In this document: piece after piece, positions 28,058-40,589 of the stretch
Numbering within the stretch: position 1 is the stretch's first letter
Layout of the letters: each line of letters opens with the position of its first letter
Source of the DNA: Octopus bimaculoides
Lineage: Eukaryota
Direction of reading: 5' to 3'
DNA: 64,000 nt
Assembly (NCBI RefSeq): GCF_001194135.2
Contig: NC_068982.1
Coordinates: forward strand, 36,209,712 to 36,273,711
The notes under the pieces: model-generated
Database searches by the model: none
Seen by the model: the letters and a program-made list of their open reading frames with translations, nothing else
What the model was told of the DNA's origin: nothing
Program-made: the position numbers and the translations under genes

Positions 28058-28322
28058 TATATAAAATTAGCTAGTGAGTTCTATGTTTGTAAATAAAATG
28101 TAGCGTCAAATCTCCAGGCAATCTGTTTTATCTAAATTCATCTATTCTAATTATTATCCCAANNNNNNNNNNNNNNNNNNNNNNNNNNNNNNNNNNNNNN
28201 NNNNNNNNNNNNNNNNNNNNNNNNNNNNNNNNNNNNNNNNNNNNNNNNNNNNNNNNNNNNNNNNNNNNNNNNNNNNNNNNNNNNNNNNNNNNNNNNNNNN
28301 NNNNNNNNNNNNNNNNNNNNNN

Positions 28323-28365
<43 letters not shown>

Positions 28366-31115
28366 TTGAATAAAGTTAAAACATGGTCTGGTTTTCACGT
28401 TTTTTATTATTGTATTTAAAAAAATCTTTTTACAATGTTGAAGTGTGTTAAACATTAAAGAAAATATTTTATAATGTTCATAAAGCTCAATTAGCATTTT
28501 CATATACTCATAGCAATCATCTGATTTCAAAATGTATATAACTGACAGTTGAGTTCTTGGCAACTGTAGTAAAATGACTGACTTCTTCCTTTTTATACCT
28601 CTTAGAAAGCTCCAACAAGCTGAATTTTTCGAATACGGTCTTGATCAAAACTGTATTGTGTGTGTGTGTGTGTGTGTACATGTGTGAGTGTGTTTGTGTG
28701 TACCCTTGTCTTGATATCATGCAATTGTTGTAAATGAGTGTTATCATCATACCAGTGATGTAATTCGTTTCTAGTCTTCCATAAAAGCATATTAGGTCAT
28801 GGGGAAATATTACCTTGTTTGGAAACAGATGAGGCTTGGTAACAGAAATATTATCTGGTTGTAGATAATCAGCCTCAACAAATTCTGCTTGAATCGTGCA
28901 AGCATGAAAAAGTGGCCATTAAAAATGATGATGATGATATATATATTATATATTTAAGTCACAGTATATGAATTCAAGTAATCCAGTAGTACTCATAAAA
29001 AAAGCTCCTTAATGTATCATTCTACAAAACATAAAATATATAGTACAATGCAAGAGAAAATGATAAGGAAAATTCATCAAACTATTTCTCTGTCATTTGT
29101 GACTTTATATATATATGAATATTTATATATATATGTACATACACACACACATGCAAAACTTTGTGACTGAGTTATCGTTAACTTTTTTTAAAATGTGCTA
29201 CCTCTTCATTACGATATTCTATCTTTGCAACATTTCTCTTTTTTTTTCCACCAGGAAATTCCCTTTTGGCCTATCCTCTGAATACTCCTTTAACATGTGA
29301 ACCCTTATTTGCCTTGTCAGTATATAAACACTCCATATCAACAATCTATTCTTGAGTACACAACAGTTTATTGACATTATTGTATTGACTTCTAATGCCT
29401 ATTTGCTTTGTCCAATAGTTGTCATGTTTCTCTGCTTGTATGCGTATATGTGTGTGCATATAAAAGCCCTTGCCGTTGACAAAGTGAAAGTGCCCTCTTA
29501 AATCTACCCCTTCAGCTTTTAGATAATAGTACACCTTCATATCTTTCCATTATACATTGAGCATTTCAGTAAATACACAAATGGTCACCAGATAAAATAC
29601 ATTTCAAAATATAACCTTATTATTTAAAATAAGTTCAAAATTCACTGTTTAGAAAGTTACATAAGTAGTACTTCTGTAATTTTTCCATGTTGATATGGGC
29701 TTAACAAGACTGCTTCTCTCCATGAGTTAATCAATATCTTTATTCCAGGCATGGCTATGTGATAAGAAGTTTGCTTCCCAACCACATGGTTCCAGATTCA
29801 GTCCCACAGCATGGCACCTAGAGCAAGAGTTGTAAATGATTGCCACTGTCATACAAGGAGTGTCATTCATCTCCAATATTCTACAAGAATGTCTGGCCAT
29901 GAGGAAATGTTGTCTTGCTCAGAATCAGGTGAGAGTTGGTGACTGGAAGGGCACAGAAAAGTGGACATCAAAATGATGGTGATGATGACGATGATGATGA
30001 AGATGATTCCTGGTCTTTTAATGGTCTGACTGCCCCAGTTCAAAATTTTTTTAGCTTGCATCTGTTTCACAAACTATAAATTTACAACTACATTTACTCA
30101 TTTAGTCATTAACATTCACTGTTGTTAAATAGACTTATCAGTTTCGAAGGTAACGTATGAAGCGTCTAAATTGATTTTTTAGCTTTACATTTGTAAACAC
30201 ACCATCAAAAATATATACCTATTTAATTGCTTTCAAGTTCTATGGCTGTGTGACTAAGAAGCTTGCTTTGCAATCCCATGGTTTTGGGTTCAGTCTTACT
30301 GCATGACACCTTGGGCAAGTGTCTTTTAGTATAGCCCTGAGCTGACCAATGCCTTATGAATGAATTTGGTAGACAGAAACTGTGTGGAAGCCTGTTGTGA
30401 GCTCTTTCCCTATATTACATTAATTCACCACATTCCCATGAACCAAACTTCATTGTATCATGCACTACGCTTGTCCCACCCTAATCCTGCAGCCCAACAC
30501 TGCTTTATAATATTTCTCTTGTCCCCCCCTACCAACTGTGTCATTGCTATCCTTCCACTCCTCTATATACCTGTGTTCACCACTTACTGCACTGCCCTTC
30601 CCTTCTTCTCTGTCTTTTACTCTCCCTTTAGATTCTTATGAACTCCTTACCCACTCAGCCTGTCCAATCCTCTGAATCACTCAACTGACATTCACCTCCT
30701 TGTACTTTGAAGGTATGCCCTGGTACATCTTCACCACCATTTGCTCTCTCTCACTCTTTCTCTCAATTGACTGAGGTAGCCATGTACCTCCTCTACAGCA
30801 AGGTACTTCTATCACTGTTTAACCTCACATTGCACAGCACAGAACTACCTCCTTCAATACCATTCCCCCTCTTAGTAGAGTGGTCTTTGTCATGTGAGTT
30901 ATTTGTTCACCTTACAAGTGCTGGTGTCACCTAAAAAAGCACCAAGAACACTCTCTAAAGTGGTTGGTATTAGGAAGGGTATCCAGATGTTGGAACCAGG
31001 CCAAAAACAGACAGTAGAGCTTGGTGCAATCCTCTTGCTCACCAGCTCCTATTAAACCTGTCCAACCCAAACCAGCATGGAAAATGGACATTAAATGATG
31101 ATGATGGTGATGATA

Positions 31116-31157
<42 letters not shown>

Positions 31158-31478
31158 TGTCTTTGTGTTTGAGCTAATTTCAACATCCCCCTAACAGCTT
31201 CAAAACTGGAGTTGGTTTGTTTAGCTAGTGGCTTGGCAAAAGACACTGATAGAATAAGCACAAGATTTAAAAACAAAACTCTTCAAGACAGTGTCTCAAC
31301 ATGGCTGCATTCCAATGACTGAAACAAGTTGGAAAAAAAGAGAAGATAATAATTTTGTACTTTCACTGTTCTGCAGTGTAACCTACCAATATATTTAAGA
31401 AAATCCACCTTTTGCATATATATATGAATATTAACAAAACAGTGCTATACATGTGTGTGTGTGTGTGTGTGTGTGGTA

Positions 31479-32240
31479 TGCAAGAGAGACGACTTCACTG
31501 GGATGGTCATGTGATGCGTACGGATGAGGACAGCTGTGTAAAGACGTGTCACACCCTAACAGTGGAGGGAACTGTGAAAGAGGTAGACTCAGGAAGACAA
31601 TGGAAGAGGTAGACCCAGAAAGACATGGTGAAGCATGACCTTCGAACGTTGGACTTCACAGAGGCAATGACAAACTACCAAGATCTTTGGAGATATGTTA
31701 CTTGAGAAGACCTGGCAAGCCAAGCGAGATTGTAGTCGTGGCTGATGTCAGTGTTGCATAACTGGTCTGTTTAAAAGCACCCTTCAATCGTTGGCTGATA
31801 TGCCATGCTTGTGAAGACCTGTTGAACCGAGTGAAATCATAGTCGTGGCTGATGCCATGTAAAAACCACCAGTCGAGAGTGGCCAATGCCAGTGCTGCCT
31901 GACCGGCACTTCTGCCGCCTGTCTGGTATCCATGCCGGTGGCACATAAAAAGCACCATTCGAGTGTAGCCAATGCCAGTGCTGCCTGGCTGGCACGTAAA
32001 AAGCACCATTTGAACGTAGCTGATGCCAGTGTTGCCTGACTGGCTGCCATGCTGGTGGCATGTAAAAAGCACCCACTACACTCTCGGAGTGGTTAGCATT
32101 AGGAAAGGCATCCAGCTGTAGAAACCTTGCCAAATCAGATTGGAGCCTGATACAGCCTCCTGGCCTGCCAGTGCTTAGTCAAACCTTCCAATTGATACCA
32201 GCATGGAAAGCAGACGTTAAATGACGATGATGATGATGAT
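31479..32240 (+). mobile_element. RTE LINE 3' end: ORF C-terminus, tandemly repeated 3' UTR and (GAT)n tail
   Basis: MQERRLHWDGHVMRTDEDSCVK...GRLRKT, the RTE C-terminal RRLxWxGHV motif. Repeated AAAAGCACCATT...GCCAGTG units follow, then the tail GACGTTAAATGACGATGATG. Confidence 0.85.
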
Positions 32241-32365
32241 ATACATAGGCAAATTGAAAATGAAAACATAAATAAAAACAAAAGCAACGAAAGTCACAAG
32301 GATGTACACATTGAATGTATTAGGTTGACACTCAGTTTTAGATGGTAAAAAGAGAGGGTGTGTGT

Positions 32366-32392
32366 GACGTTTTGATTGTGGCTCTTCATCAG
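32366..32392 (-). ncRNA. Degenerate minimal hammerhead-like motif (Penelope relic)
   Basis: Minus strand CTGATGA-AGAGC-CACAAT-CAAAAC-GTC. GAAAC is changed to AAAAC, consistent with CpG decay, and stem I is not recoverable. Confidence 0.35.
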
Positions 32393-34773
32393 GAGGAAAG
32401 AGGAATGGTCTGGAGAGAAGGAAAGGAATAGTCCAAGAAAAACACACTCTCTTTAGTTAATCCCAAAATTGAGGTACTGAACAGATAATGCATTTACATA
32501 CTCATGTATTCTATTGCTTATTTCAATTTAATATGAAAACCAAAAAAAAAAAAAAAAAGATAGAAGATTGATGTGAATGATATTTCTCTGACTAGGAACA
32601 ACTAACCAAGATAATAAAAAATGGAGATAGTGTTGAATTGTTGGCAGTTTTTATATAAATTATTAAATGACTAAAGTTTTTCAAATGTTACTGAGGTTTA
32701 TCAAATGATAATGGTGTGGTAGAAATTGGCAAAACTTCTTTCTCAATCTTTTCTGTTGAATCAAATCCGGAAGTTTGAAATTTAGAATTTGTATAAAAGT
32801 TAATAAAAAAAAAACTCTCAGAAAAATTGGAGGAGTAATAAAGTATGNNNNNNNNNNNNNNNNNNNNNNNNNNNNNNNNNNNNNNNNNNNNNNNNNNNNN
32901 NNNNNNNNNNNNNNNNNNNNNNNNNNNNNNNNNNNNNNNNNNNNNNNNNNNNNNNNNNNNNNNNNNNNNNNNNNNNNNNNNNNNNNNNNNNNNNNNNNNN
33001 NNNNNNNNNNNAACTTGTGGAACAAATGAAAGAAAGAAACAAATTTGTAAAAACTTTTTGCAAGAAATTCTGTATACTTAACTTCATTGATCAGGAAACT
33101 AAAATAACACTGATGACACATAATAAATTTAAAAAAAAACCCATTAGGTTACTTTCAATAAATCTTTCCTCAAACATTCCAACTGGCTCAATGCCAACCA
33201 GATTGCAGCTAGTTATTTTTGTCACGAGTTACTGCATTTTGAGACAAATATCCAGTTTTGAAACTGACTGTAAGTTCCAAACTTCGATTAAGTTTTTATT
33301 TTAGAAAAAAAAAAAAAAATCAAATTTAAAAAAAATCAAAAATTCCACTCCTAAGTGAAAAATTTCTCACACAGAAACTTGATCTTAAGTTTAAAGTTTT
33401 TATGAATCTCATATCTAATTTTCTCAATCATTTCTAAGTAAAAATAAATAAAAATGAAACCATTATTATTGATCTATATTGTACATGCATGCTTGCACAC
33501 ACACACACACACACACACAACATAATTATCTCTTCCCATTTGTCCCAAGATACAGTTATATAAACTGTCCATCAACATTTGTAAACATGTTCTATGATTG
33601 TAAGTTATTTTTTCTTATTTATTTTTAATACCCACTCATGGGTTGGACGGCTTTGTTATTCAAATACTACAGTATGTGGATCACATTGTAACTAATCAAC
33701 TAATCATAAGTTGGAATGATTGCTGAGGTTAGACAAGAAGAAAAAGTTATTCCTTGGAGCTGGATGCAACATGAATAAGAATCAAGTTGCCATGTGTGTA
33801 TACACACTATATTATTTTTACAGTTAAACAGTATCAAGTGATGTTTATCATAACACTGACACTTGAGAAGGACAATTAATATAATCTCATGTATAAGTGC
33901 ATGCACACATACACACACATTCAAATAATGAATATATCTACCATGCATTTTTTTTTTTAATATAAAACAGTAGACAATCATTTTGCATAATGTGGTATTT
34001 GGGGTTGAAAACCCCTTATCAAACAGAAATAGATACTTCGAGCAGAGCTGAAAGTATTCAGAAGCATTCTTGTAGAAATGCAAAACCTGCAATAACAAAG
34101 CTCACAAGGCAACTAGCTATTTTGCTAATATATTCTTTGCTTCAGAAACATTTATTGAAAGGCAACTGGCTTTCCCCAAATATATAGCTTCTACTATAGT
34201 TAAACGATAATTTGTATAGATAATGTATATTGGAGTGGATTTGGTCTTTAATTCCATCTAATTGGGTGAAAGCAATGAATTTTTTTTTTCTTCGGTCTTA
34301 TCAGACCCCTTCAGGGAACAATATTTGATTCAGTTGGTACGATTAATGATCAATATATTTAGAATAGATATAATACTGATACTGATTATGAATATCAACA
34401 ATATGACTTGAGGAGCATTCACCAGATTAAATACAAATGTGGTAGAATCTCATAATATACTTGAAAACATTGATCAATTGAGATTTTTGAAGTAATTAGA
34501 AAAGAAATACTCCTTCAGTGGGATTTTAAACTCTAAAAGCAAGGGAGCTAATTTCAATAAGATCAGCTGATTGAAATGTTTGGACAAAATAGACAAGGCA
34601 TATTGTAGCATTAAAGTTATCTCCATTTCTTTTTGTTTCTGATTTTAAAGACTTTTTAAGGGAGTTTTTGTCAACTAATTACTTAAATAATCTCATATTT
34701 GCCTGAGGCATGAAAAATACTCTCCAATCATAATCGACATTACTACATTCATTACTCTCTAAATACATACATA

Positions 34774-35082
34774 TCATCATCATCATCGTTTAACGTCCGC
34801 TTTCCATGCTAGCATGGGTTGGACGATTTGACTGAGGACTGGTGAAACCGGAGGGCAACACCAAACTCCAATCTAAATTTGGCAGAGTTTCTACAGCTGG
34901 ATGCCCTTCCTAACGCCAACCACTCATAGAGTGTAGTAGGTGCTTTTACGTGTCACCCGCACGAAAGCCAGTCAGGCGATACTGGCAACGGCCACGCTCG
35001 AAATGGTGTCTTTTATGTGCCACCCGCACAAGCCAGTCCAGGGGCACTGGCAATGATCTTGCTCGAAAATCCTACGAAGGCC
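34774..35082 (-). mobile_element. Young RTE-tail element with tandem UTR units
   Basis: (CAT)n-CGTTTAACGTCCGCTTTCCATGCTAGCATGGGTTGGACG..., the same family as 10891-11040 and 54505-55105. Confidence 0.8.
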
Positions 35083-35317
35083 AGATCGTTGCCAGTGCCC
35101 CTGGACTGGCTTGTGCATATGAATATATATATATAGGCACAAGCATAGCTGATTAGTAAGGGGTTTGCTCCCCAATCACATGGTTTCAGGTTCTGCTCCA
35201 TTGTGTGACACCATGAGCAAGTGTTTCTACTATAACACTAGCCTGACCAAAGCTCTGTGAATGGATTTGCTAAACGGAGACTGAAAGAAGCCCGTTGTAT
35301 GTATGTATGCATGTATG

Positions 35318-35352
<35 letters not shown>

Positions 35353-35373
35353 ATATATATTTATTTATATTAA

Positions 35374-35688
35374 GGGCATTACTATACATAAATGCCTCAC
35401 GCTAGGAGGGACTCAAAGTCAAAACTACCATAATAAACACATTGTACCGAATGCGAGGGAATGCAACTCTCGAAGCGAGCCTTTTAAAAACAGATTCAGC
35501 TGCAGATCATATGATTTCATAATTAGTGCACAAAAATGCACTTTTAAATCTTCACTGAAGATTAAAAAGTGCATTTAAAAGGCTCACTTCGAGAGTTGCA
35601 TTCCCTCGCATTCGGTACAATGTGTTTATTATGGTAGTTTTGACTTTGAGTCCCTCCTAGCATGAGGCAAATATGTATAGTAATGCCC
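35374..35688. mobile_element. MITE with 115-bp terminal inverted repeats, flanked by TTAA
   Basis: TIRs 35374-35488 and 35574-35688 differ at 4 positions. Termini are GGG...CCC, with TTAA at 35370-35373 and 35689-35692. Internal 21-bp hairpin at 35534-35576. Confidence 0.85.
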
Positions 35689-35777
35689 TTAATATAAATA
35701 ATTAATAAATTTTTCCCTTATGAGGTTTTTCACGCTAACTACTTGATAAATTCTTATAAAGATTTTATCCTATTTTT

Positions 35778-35814
<37 letters not shown>

Positions 35815-36936
35815 ATCATCGTCATTATCCTCATCACCATCATCATCCTTTGATATCTGTTTTTCCATGATGACGTGGGAAGGACAGTTTGACCAGCTGG
35901 CATGCTGCACTAGGTTCCAGTCTGCTTTGGCATGGTTTCTACAGCTGGATGCCTTTCCTAATGCCAACCACTTTACAGTGTGCGCTGGGTGATTTTAATG
36001 TGCCACCAACATGAGTGCCTGTATGTGGTACTGGCATGAGTGCTTATAATGTGACATAATTTTACTGGCATACTTATATGTGTATGTGTGTGCATATCTA
36101 TATATGTATGTGTGCGCATATGCTATTATCTTCTTGCTTTGACTTTGTGATAGTTGTAAATGAGTGTCACTGTCAAGTAAGCACTGTCCTTTGCTTTCAA
36201 TCTTCTGTGAAAACTTTATCTGGTTATGGGTTAATATTAGCTTACTTGATAACAGGTGATGATTGGCATAAAGTAAGGGCATCCAGCCACAGAAATTCTA
36301 GCTCAAGAAAATTTCATCCAACACAAGCGATCATAGAAAAGCGGACATTAAAATGATGGTGATGATGATATTTAAAAGAAAAGAAAAATGCAGAAGATGA
36401 ATGAAGAATAAAAGTATGCGTGTGTGTGGTTAAGTAATACTGCTTAAGGAAAGTGAAACTATTTTTCCTTGAAAATATTTTAGATAACTAGGAACCAGTG
36501 CAAATCAACTTATGTTGAAGAATGTAGAATCAGTGAAAATATGAGAAAATCTTAATACTTATAAGATATTAAGATTTGAATTTGTAGAGGATTAGCAATT
36601 TGAGATTGAAGCACAAGATACAGACAATAAAAAGGATACAAGTTTGACTATGTTAACAGTATAGAATTACAAGACATCCCACATGATGATTTTGAGCATC
36701 TTTAGAAAGTTTTTTATTATGAGGGTATAAAACAGTTGTAGGTATATTAAGTCTGAAAAAAGGTAGGCGATGATTAGGGGTTTACTCAAATGGCAGATGT
36801 AGAATTAAATAACAACAGTGGAAATGAATTCTTATGGTAAAGTGATTTTTTTCTTTTTTTATTATCACAAAAGTCCAAGAAGATTCTTAACCATGTGAAA
36901 ACTCTTAATGTTCATTGTTTCTAATGGATTGATTTG

Positions 36937-36970
<34 letters not shown>

Positions 36971-37196
36971 TTAAAGGATTCGTTAGAATCTAGGCATGTC
37001 AACATGGAAGAGACCTGAAATGGCTTGGTACAATAACATAGGCTTCACAGTGAGGTAAAACAATCATGAAGGTATCATGTGTTAGTAGCGTTCTGTAGAT
37101 ATGTAAGCACCAAATCCAATTTAAACTGTGGATCTAACTCAGGACTGGTTCTTGGTGAAGCACAGGCATAAAAGAAAACACAAATGGTGTTCAAAG

Positions 37197-37277
37197 TTTA
37201 TGACAGCTGTTTCGGTAGAATTTTATTGATGTATTCATAGATTACATTACACATGTAATCCACCATCTTCATATAAA
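37197..37277 (-). ncRNA. Type I hammerhead ribozyme-like motif, core C3 mutated
   Basis: Minus strand: TTTAT-ATGAAGA-(T)GGTGGATT...AATTCTACC-GAAAC-AGCT-GTC^-ATAAA. Stem I is TTTAT/ATAAA, the cleavage triplet is GUC, and CUGAAGA is changed to AUGAAGA. Confidence 0.5.
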
Positions 37278-37357
37278 ATTTTAAACAGGTATAAACAGGT
37301 GAGATGATACCTTGATGGTGACAAATCCAACTAACATATTGGATACCTGTTTAAAAT

Positions 37358-37439
37358 TTTACCTGAAGATGGTGGATTATATGCTATAAAGTAATCAATG
37401 AATACATTAATAAAATTCTATTGAAACAGCTGTTGTAAA
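37358..37439 (+). ncRNA. Type I hammerhead ribozyme-like motif (PLE type, palindromic stem III)
   Basis: TTTAC-CTGAAGA-(T)GGTGGATT...AATTCTATT-GAAAC-AGCT-GTT^-GTAAA. Stem I is TTTAC/GTAAA and the core boxes are intact. Confidence 0.55.
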
Positions 37440-40400
37440 TTTAAATTCCGTTTGTGTTCTTTTATATATATGTAAATAAAGAGAATAAGGCCTAGTTTAG
37501 ACGAAATATCATCATGTAAACAATATTCTAATACTTTAGATTTTCTAAATTTTACTACACACCTATAGGGCCATACATTTTACTACACAACTATAGAGTC
37601 CCTACGGTGTCTCTTAACCTGCTAGAAATAGTAAGCACATTCTTTCAAATCAGACCATAGTGTCTTAAAAAGAACGGACTCATTAGGTAATGTCATAAAA
37701 CAATTCGGGTTGTCATATCTAAAACGACTTTCTTCAGAGGTTTACATAATGAGGATTGACGAAATATACCAGGCCCGGGTATAAGTGAAATCACCACCCC
37801 ACACAATTTATTAATGAGAAGACAAAACAGAGAGCATCTATATACTTCTTTCTTCACCATAGCGACGAACCAAGTTTAAAAAGTTTGAAACCATGTCTTA
37901 TCAAACATGGTAATTTGTCCGACCTCTTGTTCATTCCTCAGACCCCACCCCTACCCTTATGAGAAAACCCTGGTCAAAATAAACAACATAAAACAATCAA
38001 TGCTTAACTTTTTAACGATACACTTGATAATTTTTCGGCAATACAGTATCGATTAGTCTTTATTATAATTCCCTAATGGGTTTCCATCAAATTCGTGTAT
38101 CTACAGTATATATAAATATCGAAGGTAAAAAGACTATTTGGAACAAATTGCCTTGTTTTTTTTTTTTTGTTTTAAACCATATAATCATTCCCATACTTCG
38201 CAAATAAATTTTTATTTAAAACCACTTAGGAGGAAATTTGCAGAAAAATGCAAATTTACTGCTTACATAGAATGAAAATAAATAAATACTTTCAAAACAA
38301 GCTCCATTTCATTATTATTCCTTGAAAAGTGTAACAGTGTTAAAATTTAAGAAGAAGGCTTAAGAATATATAGATAGTTGGAAATTTTCTTTTTTTCTTA
38401 AATGCAGGGTTAGGCTAGAAGCTCCTGATCCCTATTCTTCCCTGGGCATACAAACATATCCAAACTCGTATAAACTTCACTATTATAAGATTTGCCGATG
38501 CAGACCACCATCAGTTTTCCTCAAACTCTCTCTCTCTCTTTAAGTATAATATAGTCTTGAATATGTAGTAGAATAGAAAGAGATAAAATTCCATCAGCTA
38601 TTGAAAACAGAGTGGATGTACGTATATGTGTATGTATATGTGTGTGCTAATGACTTTTGGTTTATGTATGCATTAATAAATTCTGATATCCATCCTAAAT
38701 ATAAACATTCACTACTGCCCTTCAAATGTTGACCCACTGTTAGTCTGCATCAATGGCTTTGACAGGGTAAATTGACAGCTATGCTACCTCACCTTTTCCA
38801 CTTAAAGTACTCTCATACTCCACGTTATATCTCTCACATTACAAGCACTAAGCACACCCAGTTATCAAGTTCCACAGGGTAGAAGGGCCTAAAAAAGTCA
38901 AGGGCAACATCATCTCTCCAGACTGCAAAAGGACACATTTTTATTTTATCTTTTAAGCCATTTGCAAGCTTAGTCCGCATAACTTTAAGTGGTCGAAATT
39001 CACTTTTTTGTTCGGGTAGGATGCTATACTATTGCAAGTTTGTTTTCTTGTTTTGATAGCATTTTAAACAGGAGTCAGGGAATTATTAAACAGTTGTATC
39101 AAACATCTAAACAGTTCTACTATATTAAAAACGGTCCTCTTGACACATTTAATTGACCCTAGAGGTGTGAAAACTAAATCTATATAGTCGAGAATTAAAA
39201 CAGCAGTCTGTCTGAGCAAGACCACACTAGTGTTTTCTCGTTGACTTGTGTTTCGAAGTCGAAGTAAACGGCGTGTAGAATGTTCATGGGATGAGAAAGT
39301 CTCACATGCATTAAAAATACAAATGTACTTGTATTATAGTATCAAAAGAGGAATCGAAATCGAGTGACAGGCTCAATTAGCAGAAAAATTATCAACTGCC
39401 AAAGGTGTTCGCCATATTAGTGTGTTTAATATTTAAAGAGGAAACTACTTAAACGGTTACATCCATTTACAGATGCCAGCAGAAAGTTTACAACGTTGAA
39501 ATCGTTAACTCACCGGTGTGGTTACGCTAGATACGTGCACTATAGGCAGCTTAATTAAAAAGTCGACATAGGCTGTTATAAAAGCAAACTTGTAAGCTAT
39601 TATTCTAGTACGCAACCAATGGATTACGAATAGATTACTATGATTATACGATAGTAGCCAGTTTCTTGGCTTTTGTTTTAGATATTAGTCCAAATCCGAT
39701 GTAAATGAAAATAAACATACATATCGTGTATTTTATCGAAGAATAATCTTAAGTAACACGTGCATTTGTATGGCTAAAACGTGTATATTCATAAATTGGT
39801 CAAGAAACTAAATATACGTTTGTCCGAATAAAAGCATACTTTTGGGAAATGTAATCTTAAATCCATTCATTTTTTTTTTATCTCTCAGAAAATATTTATT
39901 CAGATTCTTAAGTCTTAAGTACTTTCTTTACTACCAAAATAATTCACCTTACAACATTCGAGACTAATTTACCTGTATCGTAATAAGTAAGCTGCTAATA
40001 GTTTATTTCATATTGATCAATGTTAATATATATTGAAAATACCAGTGAGAATCAGATAGTTTTCTTTGTTTTAATTATGTTCATACTACGCTTTTGTTAG
40101 TATTTTTATTTATTTATTTTTGTTTGCAACTTACATTATTGGTACTTAAACATCGTTGTTTGTCAAAAGCTTTGTTCAAATGATGCCATTCACATAACAG
40201 CATTTCAGGTTGTTTCAAACAAATCAGAATCTGTCGATTACAATAGATGTAGAAATACTATAAACTTTGTGAAATTAACTGGTACAGTGCATCGCGATCG
40301 CTTTCGCTTCTACACACACGCATTATGTATATATATAATCGAGATAACAGGTGAAATATTACATACAAAGAATTGACAATCAATTCATTTGACAATTCTG

Positions 40401-40589
40401 AAAGGTTGAATCTAATGCGTGGGAATCTGTGTTGACATTAGGAACTGGACAAGCTATTTCTCTATAAAGGTAATTATAGTGATAGAAAAATTGACATTAT
40501 TTGTTTTATCTATTTACTTCTTTTTCTTAGGTAAACAGAATAAGTTAACTGTTGCATTTACAATAATAATAATAATGTTTCTAACTTAC

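Larger units (their letters stand above)
37170..37463. mobile_element. Imperfect inverted repeat (arms ~37170-37292 and ~37343-37463), each arm carrying a Penelope-type hammerhead motif
   Basis: The arms are clearly reverse-complementary with scattered mismatches and a ~50-nt spacer. Inverted pseudo-LTR arrangements are typical of Penelope-like elements. Confidence 0.7.

Noticed and set aside
28400-28650. Minus-strand peptides VLIKTVFEKF...YKKEEVS and ILKSDD...MLIELYEH, loosely resembling Ro60 exon 2
   Set aside because: Needs a frameshift, the acceptor follows (CA)n rather than a pyrimidine tract, and the identities are mostly K/I/L/E, which are expected in AT-rich DNA.
32690-32790. Minus-strand TSGFDSTEKIEKE resembling the Ro60 C-terminal GFD motif
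   Set aside because: Only 3-4 residues match, there is no acceptor, and the upstream DRGMLD context is absent.
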